Assembly: GCA_902602845.1 (NCBI GenBank)
Contig: CACKSN010000004.1
Coordinates: forward strand, 4,363 to 68,362
Reading direction: 5' to 3'
DNA: 64,000 nt
Origin: an uncultured Alphaproteobacteria bacterium
GTDB taxonomy: Bacteria > Pseudomonadota > Alphaproteobacteria > HIMB59 > GCA-002718135
In this document: positions 59,210-64,000 of the stretch, piece after piece
How the letters are laid out: each line of letters starts with the position of its first letter
Position numbering within the stretch: position 1 is the first letter of the stretch
Made by a program: the position numbers and the translations under genes
Notes under the pieces: model-generated
Database searches by the model: none
Seen by the model: only the letters and a program-made list of their open reading frames with translations
Told to the model about the DNA's origin: nothing

Positions 59210-59842
59210 ATGCATTTACCAGATTTTTTAATTGATAGATATAAAGAGTGGAAAGAAAATATTTTCCCAAAAAAACAGGAATTACTGAAATTACTTGTCA
59301 GAAATGGTCAAAAGCCAAAAGCAATGATTATTTCTTGTTGTGATTCACGTGTAAACACAAGTAATATTTTTAGTGCAATTGAGGGAGATTTTTTTGAGCA
59401 TAGAAATATTGCAAATTTAGTTCCTCCATTTGAATCAAATAATGAAAATGGAACTTTATCAGCAATAGAATATGCAATTAAAGTTCTAAAAGTAAGAAAT
59501 CTTTTAATATGCGGACATTCAAGCTGCGGTGGCATTAAGCATGCTTATGATTATTTTTCTAACAAGAAAACAGATAGAAATTTATATATAGATAAATGGA
59601 TAGATGTAATCAAACCAGCATTTAATCAAATACAAAATACAAAAGATGTTACTGAAGGTCAAAAGTCACTCGAGCAACTAAGTATAATCAATTCTATTAC
59701 GAATTTAAATAACTCAAAATTAATAAAAGATGCAATTTTAAATAAAAATCTAAATGTTTTTGGATTATGGTTTAATATAAGTACGGGGTCTCTTTTCGTA
59801 TATAATCAAGAAAATAATAATTTTGAAAAAATAAATTATTAA
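59210..59842 (+). CDS. Beta-class carbonic anhydrase
   Basis: GQKP, SCCDSRV, RNIANLVPP, AIEYA, CGHSSCGG. Confidence 0.93.
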   Translation: MHLPDFLIDRYKEWKENIFPKKQELLKLLVRNGQKPKAMIISCCDSRVNTSNIFSAIEGDFFEHRNIANLVPPFESNNENGTLSAIEYAIKVLKVRNLLICGHSSCGGIKHAYDYFSNKKTDRNLYIDKWIDVIKPAFNQIQNTKDVTEGQKSLEQLSIINSITNLNNSKLIKDAILNKNLNVFGLWFNISTGSLFVYNQENNNFEKINY

Positions 59843-60627
59843 TATGTATATTTTTTATTTGGAAATTTACTTTTTTGGACTTCTTTACAAAATGTTTTCA
59901 CAGCTTTTTCAGCAATCTTATTAAAGTTTATATAATTTTTTACAAATTTTGGAAAGTGTTGACTTTTATCATAGCTTATTAAGTCGTCAAATACTAAAAC
60001 TTGACCATCACAGTATTTTGAAGAGCCAATACCTATAGTTGGAATAGAAACAGATGAAGTAATTTTTTTTGCTGTATCTTTTTTTACGCACTCCAACAAT
60101 ATCGCTTTTGCACCATAATTTTCAGATTTTTTTGCAAGTTCAATTAAATTTTTACTTTCTGTTTTATTTTTACCAACTGCTCTTATTTTATTAAAATTAA
60201 TAAAGCTTTGTGGCGTAACCCCTATATGTGCAATTACATTAATTTTTTTTGAAGATAGATATTTTATTAGAATTAAATTCTTTTTATTTATTTCAAGTTT
60301 TAACATTTTAGATTTTGTATATTTGATAAGTTCTAAAGCATTTTTGTGTGCCTGAAGTTTAGTATTATAAGTATTATAAGGCATATCAATCACCGTTATG
60401 CTTTTTTTAACATTTTTAGTAACAGCTAAGCCATGCAATTTCATCATTTCCAGTGTTACTTTTCTTGAATTTTTCATGCCATATAGTGTTGTACCCAATG
60501 AATCTCCAATTAAAACTAAATCTACATTTCCATCTAAAATTTTAGCTACAGCTGGAGAATAAGCAGTTAAACAAGTAATCCTATTACTAAAATTTTTACT
60601 CAGTATTTTTGTTATTTTCTTTTTCAT
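59839..60627 (-). CDS. panB: Ketopantoate hydroxymethyltransferase
   Basis: LTAY, LIGDSLG, DMPY, KLE, HIGVTPQS, IPTIGIG...CDGQVLV. Confidence 0.9.
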   Translation of the reverse strand: MKKKITKILSKNFSNRITCLTAYSPAVAKILDGNVDLVLIGDSLGTTLYGMKNSRKVTLEMMKLHGLAVTKNVKKSITVIDMPYNTYNTKLQAHKNALELIKYTKSKMLKLEINKKNLILIKYLSSKKINVIAHIGVTPQSFINFNKIRAVGKNKTESKNLIELAKKSENYGAKAILLECVKKDTAKKITSSVSIPTIGIGSSKYCDGQVLVFDDLISYDKSQHFPKFVKNYINFNKIAEKAVKTFCKEVQKSKFPNKKYTY

Positions 60628-60633
60628 TAAAAT

Positions 60634-61341
60634 TTAAACTGACCTAGTAATACCACCGTCTACTCTAATATTTTGTCCTGTAATATAAGCTCCACCATTT
60701 GAAGCTAACAATTTTATAACTGCTGAAATTTCACTTACTTTACCTACTCTACTTAATGGTATTTTTTTTATAAATTCATTTTTAGTTTCTAAACTGTCAA
60801 TAAAACCAGGTAAAATATTGTTCATTCTTATATTGAATTTTGCATATTCATCAGAATATAATTTTGTGAAAGAGGCAAGGCCTGCCCGCATTATCCCAGA
60901 AGTTGGAAAATTTTTGTCAGGTTCAAAAATAGCATAAGTAGAAATATTAATTATAGAGCCTTTTTTTTGTTTCTTCATTATAGGTGTGACTATTCTCGCA
61001 GCTCTAACAACGTTTAAAAAATAGGTCTCCATACCATTTATCCATTCATCATCAGTAATTTTTAATATATCTCCTTTTGGTCCATGGCCAGCACTATTAA
61101 TTAACACGTCTATTCTGCCCCACTTCTTAATAACAGTATTTATAAATTTTTTAATATTATCAGTTTTTAGATTAGAACCAGTAAACCCAATGCCTTTTAG
61201 TTTTTTTCCTAGTTTCTCCGCTTTACCGGATGATGACATAATAGCCACTTTATAACCATCTTTAGCTAAAGCTTTTGCAGCATCTGCACCCATTCCACTT
61301 CCTGCAGCAATTAGTACGGCTATTTTTTTCTTATTCATCAA
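60634..61341 (-). CDS. Short-chain dehydrogenase/reductase
   Basis: AAGSGMG, INSAG, NIST, MNNILPG, YITGQNIRVDGG. Confidence 0.88.
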   Translation of the reverse strand: MMNKKKIAVLIAAGSGMGADAAKALAKDGYKVAIMSSSGKAEKLGKKLKGIGFTGSNLKTDNIKKFINTVIKKWGRIDVLINSAGHGPKGDILKITDDEWINGMETYFLNVVRAARIVTPIMKKQKKGSIINISTYAIFEPDKNFPTSGIMRAGLASFTKLYSDEYAKFNIRMNNILPGFIDSLETKNEFIKKIPLSRVGKVSEISAVIKLLASNGGAYITGQNIRVDGGITRSV

Positions 61342-61439
61342 TGTTATATATTTTTCATATTACTATTTTTTGTAACTTTTTTATAAATAATTAATTGTAA
61401 TTTAACTAGTGTGAAGAAAATTACTCTCAATATTAATAC

Positions 61440-61559
61440 TTATTTTATATATGGACCGAGGCTGAGATCTAAGCCTGCTCCAACTCTAAGTAAAGAATAT
61501 ATTATTACTAAAATAAATATTACAATTATTAAGTTTCTAACCAAATTTTTTTCATTCAT
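61440..61559 (-). CDS. Small single-TM protein, 39 aa
   Basis: MNEKNLVRNLIIVIFILVIIYSLLRVGAGLDLSLGPYIK, the 3' part of track ORF 61440-61685 that lies outside the MFS gene. Confidence 0.55.
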   Translation of the reverse strand: MNEKNLVRNLIIVIFILVIIYSLLRVGAGLDLSLGPYIK

Positions 61560-61588
61560 TACAAATTCATAATTATAAACTAAATGAT

Positions 61589-62839
61589 TTAAATTGTTAC
61601 TGTCTTTCTCTCTAACAATGGTTTTTCTTTGATAGGTAAATGTATTACAGCTGAAAAAGCCCCAACACCTATCCCTACCCACCATACAATATCATAGCTG
61701 CCATAAATATCATAGAAAAGACCACCTAACCAAACACCCACAAATGATCCAATTTGATGTGATAGAAAAACAATACCGTAAAGTGTTCCCATAAATTTCA
61801 TTCCATAAATATAACCAATTATTCCTGAAGTTAGTGGTACCGTAGCTAACCATAAAGATCCCATTACTATTGAAAAAATTGTAATAGACATAGGGGTTAT
61901 TGGTAAAATTATAAAAAGTATAGCTGCAATCGTTCTGCCAGTGTAGATAAATGATAACCAGTATTTTTTCGCATAACCTTTACCAAGTGCTCCAGCTAGA
62001 AGACAACCAAGAATATTAAAAAAACCAATAAGTGCTATTGATAAAGCCCCAAGACCTTCAACAGAATTACAAATTAAAGAAATTAAACTTCCTTGAATTA
62101 TTGGACTACTTGCTTCTGCAATAAATGCTGGAAAATGGGCAGTTATGAATGCTAGCTGAAATCCACATGAAAAAAAACCTAAAAATAACATTATATAAGT
62201 TGGATCTTGAATAGCTTGTTTTAGAGCCCCGCTTAATTTTTCATTCGATTTCTTGGAATTTATTTGAATATTTGTTTTTAAAAAAGGTACTAAAATTATT
62301 GTTAGAATACTTATAATAGCAAAAATTTCAAAAACAGAAGACCATGGCATCATTGATAATAATAAAGCTGCAAGAGGTGGACCAACCACCTGTCCAGCTG
62401 ATCCTGCAGCTGTTGTTATTCCTAAAGCAATTGATCTTTTATCATCTGATACTGCTCGACCTACTACAGCTAATATTGGACCAAATCCACTTCCTGCAAT
62501 ACCAAAACCAATTAATACGTTTAAAAATTGATGTGCTTCTGGCGAGCTAGCAGTACTGCTTATAAAAGTACCCAAGGCATATAAAATTAATCCGAGGGAA
62601 ATAGCTTTTCTATCTCCATACTTTTCAGCAAATGCACTAAAAAGAGGTGTTCCAATTCCCCATGCTAGATTCTGTATTGCAATGGCAAGTGAAAACTCTG
62701 AGCGTGCCCACAAAAAATCTTCTGCTATAGGTATTTGGAAAAGACCAAATGTCGATCGAATAGCAAAGCTAATTAAAAGAATAAAACTTCCAGCAATCAG
62801 CACTGGATTATATAATGATGTATCACTTAGATTTTTCAT
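61589..62839 (-). CDS. MFS transporter
   Basis: About 12 TMs; AIQNLAWG, GFFSCGFQ, LWLATVPLTSG, SHQIGSF.GVWLGG. Confidence 0.9.
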   Translation of the reverse strand: MKNLSDTSLYNPVLIAGSFILLISFAIRSTFGLFQIPIAEDFLWARSEFSLAIAIQNLAWGIGTPLFSAFAEKYGDRKAISLGLILYALGTFISSTASSPEAHQFLNVLIGFGIAGSGFGPILAVVGRAVSDDKRSIALGITTAAGSAGQVVGPPLAALLLSMMPWSSVFEIFAIISILTIILVPFLKTNIQINSKKSNEKLSGALKQAIQDPTYIMLFLGFFSCGFQLAFITAHFPAFIAEASSPIIQGSLISLICNSVEGLGALSIALIGFFNILGCLLAGALGKGYAKKYWLSFIYTGRTIAAILFIILPITPMSITIFSIVMGSLWLATVPLTSGIIGYIYGMKFMGTLYGIVFLSHQIGSFVGVWLGGLFYDIYGSYDIVWWVGIGVGAFSAVIHLPIKEKPLLERKTVTI

Positions 62840-62876
62840 CTGTTTAATGTGATATCAGTTAAAAGATAAATTTCTA

Positions 62877-63347
62877 TTAAATTCTTGTATTAACTTCTTG
62901 TCTATCGTTTTCTTCTTTTTCAGGAACAACGTATGCAACGGCACAGTGTTCTAAACAATATGGCTTGTCTTCAAACCTCTCTTTACCGCAAAAACGGAAA
63001 TCCATTTCATCGGGATGCCCATCAGGCCATTCACAGCCTCTTTTTGTTGAAGTATTAAATATGTTTCTTACAACAGGTTGAAAAGTAGAATTTTCTTTAT
63101 TTTTTGAAACACTTTCATTCTTATTCTCAAAATTCAATTTAGGCATTACCGGCGATCTAGCTTTTTTTCTATCTGGCTTGACTGCAGTTCTTCTTATTGG
63201 GGAGGGTCTTCTTTCGAGACCAATTCTATGTGCTTTTCCAACAACCGCATTCTTTGTAAAACCAAGGAGTTTTCCAATCTGAGCTGTGGGAAGCCCTTGA
63301 TCCCAGAGTTCTCTTAATTTAGTTACATTGTTTTCATCCCAAGGCAT
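62877..63347 (-). CDS. gcrA: Cell-cycle regulator GcrA
   Basis: W......LRELWDQG...QIG..LG.TKNAVVGKAHRIGL; CEWP.GHP...F.FCG...PYCLEH...AY. Confidence 0.92.
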   Translation of the reverse strand: MPWDENNVTKLRELWDQGLPTAQIGKLLGFTKNAVVGKAHRIGLERRPSPIRRTAVKPDRKKARSPVMPKLNFENKNESVSKNKENSTFQPVVRNIFNTSTKRGCEWPDGHPDEMDFRFCGKERFEDKPYCLEHCAVAYVVPEKEENDRQEVNTRI

Positions 63348-63478
63348 TGTTAATCCTATATGTAGTGGTTATAATACGGATTAATATACTAAATATATGT
63401 ATTAAAAAAGAATAAACTTCATTTTTTTTAAAAAAATCAATGAAATCAGCTGTTTTTTTTATATACATGTGAATAGAA

Positions 63479-64000
63479 ATGAAATCTCTGAAAAATACTT
63501 TAATAAAAAATAAAAACATTATTTTTAGAGCTGATCTTAATGTCCCAGTAATAGAAGGTAAAATTTCTGACTACTCTAGAATAAACGCTATCATTCCATC
63601 AATAAATCAGCTCACAAATAACAAAAATAAAGTTTTTATAGTTGCTCATTTTGGAAGACCGAAAGGCAAGGTAGATAAAAAATATTCTTTGCAATTTTTA
63701 TGCAAGGAACTTGCAATTATTTTCCGTCAAAAAAAAATACATTTTATAGAAACATTCGAATCAGAAATTATTAGCAACAAAATTAGTGAAATGCAAAATG
63801 GAGAAATATGTTTATTTGAAAACATTCGTTTTAATCCGGAGGAAGAATCAAATGATATAAATTTTTCAAAACAAATTACGAAACATTTTGATTATTTTAT
63901 TAATGATGCTTTTTCAGCCTCTCACCGTTCCCACGCATCCATCGTAGGATTTTCTAATTTTATACCAGCTGTATCCGGACTCAGTTTTATAAATGAAATT
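63479..64000 (+). CDS. pgk: Phosphoglycerate kinase, 5' part (runs off window)
   Basis: FRADLNVP, AHFGRPKG, FENIRF..EE, INDAFSASHRSHAS. Confidence 0.93.
   Translation, partial: MKSLKNTLIKNKNIIFRADLNVPVIEGKISDYSRINAIIPSINQLTNNKNKVFIVAHFGRPKGKVDKKYSLQFLCKELAIIFRQKKIHFIETFESEIISNKISEMQNGEICLFENIRFNPEEESNDINFSKQITKHFDYFINDAFSASHRSHASIVGFSNFIPAVSGLSFINEI

Noticed and set aside
63348-63478. CtrA-type TTAA-N7-TTAA boxes near gcrA and elsewhere
   Set aside because: Not distinguishable from background at this AT content without a statistical model.
113-63519. Many short track ORFs overlapping real genes (e.g. 113-352, 177-533, 2766-3272, 12014-12304, 25727-26053, 42587-42895, 45219-45527, 55148-55541, 63334-63519)
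   Set aside because: Antisense or out-of-frame shadows of well-supported genes, with no recognisable motifs.

Overview
Very AT-rich, densely packed chromosomal DNA from a streamlined alphaproteobacterium, probably marine (SAR11/HIMB59-like gene content; exact lineage cannot be assigned from sequence alone). Most of the window is core genes: leuS (3' part, apparently truncated), lolA, ftsK, ubiH-like, purH, rsmB, tdk, acs, tsaD, argG, folD, a contiguous ccmABCDEFGH operon, acnA, fdxA, carD, rpoH, dusA, panB, gcrA and the 5' part of pgk. It also has a retinal cluster (crtI-crtB-crtY-blh, no rhodopsin in the window) and an rpoE-chrR pair. The main accessory region follows tRNA-Gly(GCC) at 11262-11336. 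Two tiny islands lacking an intact integrase sit there in tandem, ended by 24-bp and 52-bp copies of the tRNA 3' end. They carry a SaoD/DsrE-like gene, an unannotated ribbon-helix-helix gene, an integrase stub, a secreted repeat protein resembling 7_1-knotted proteins, and a lipoprotein. A surface-glycan gene block follows. Other notable observations: an unannotated 40-aa (K5AAP)n histone-H1-like peptide gene with its own RBS, promoter and terminator; a ChrR that has lost its anti-sigma zinc ligands; an ECF11-type promoter in front of rpoH; a catalytically dead metallophosphoesterase; hemC/hemD missing from the usual tsaD/hemC-hemD-mic60-hemY locus; and a probable deletion or chimera junction at the end of leuS. 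No database searches were run; family calls come from motif recognition.
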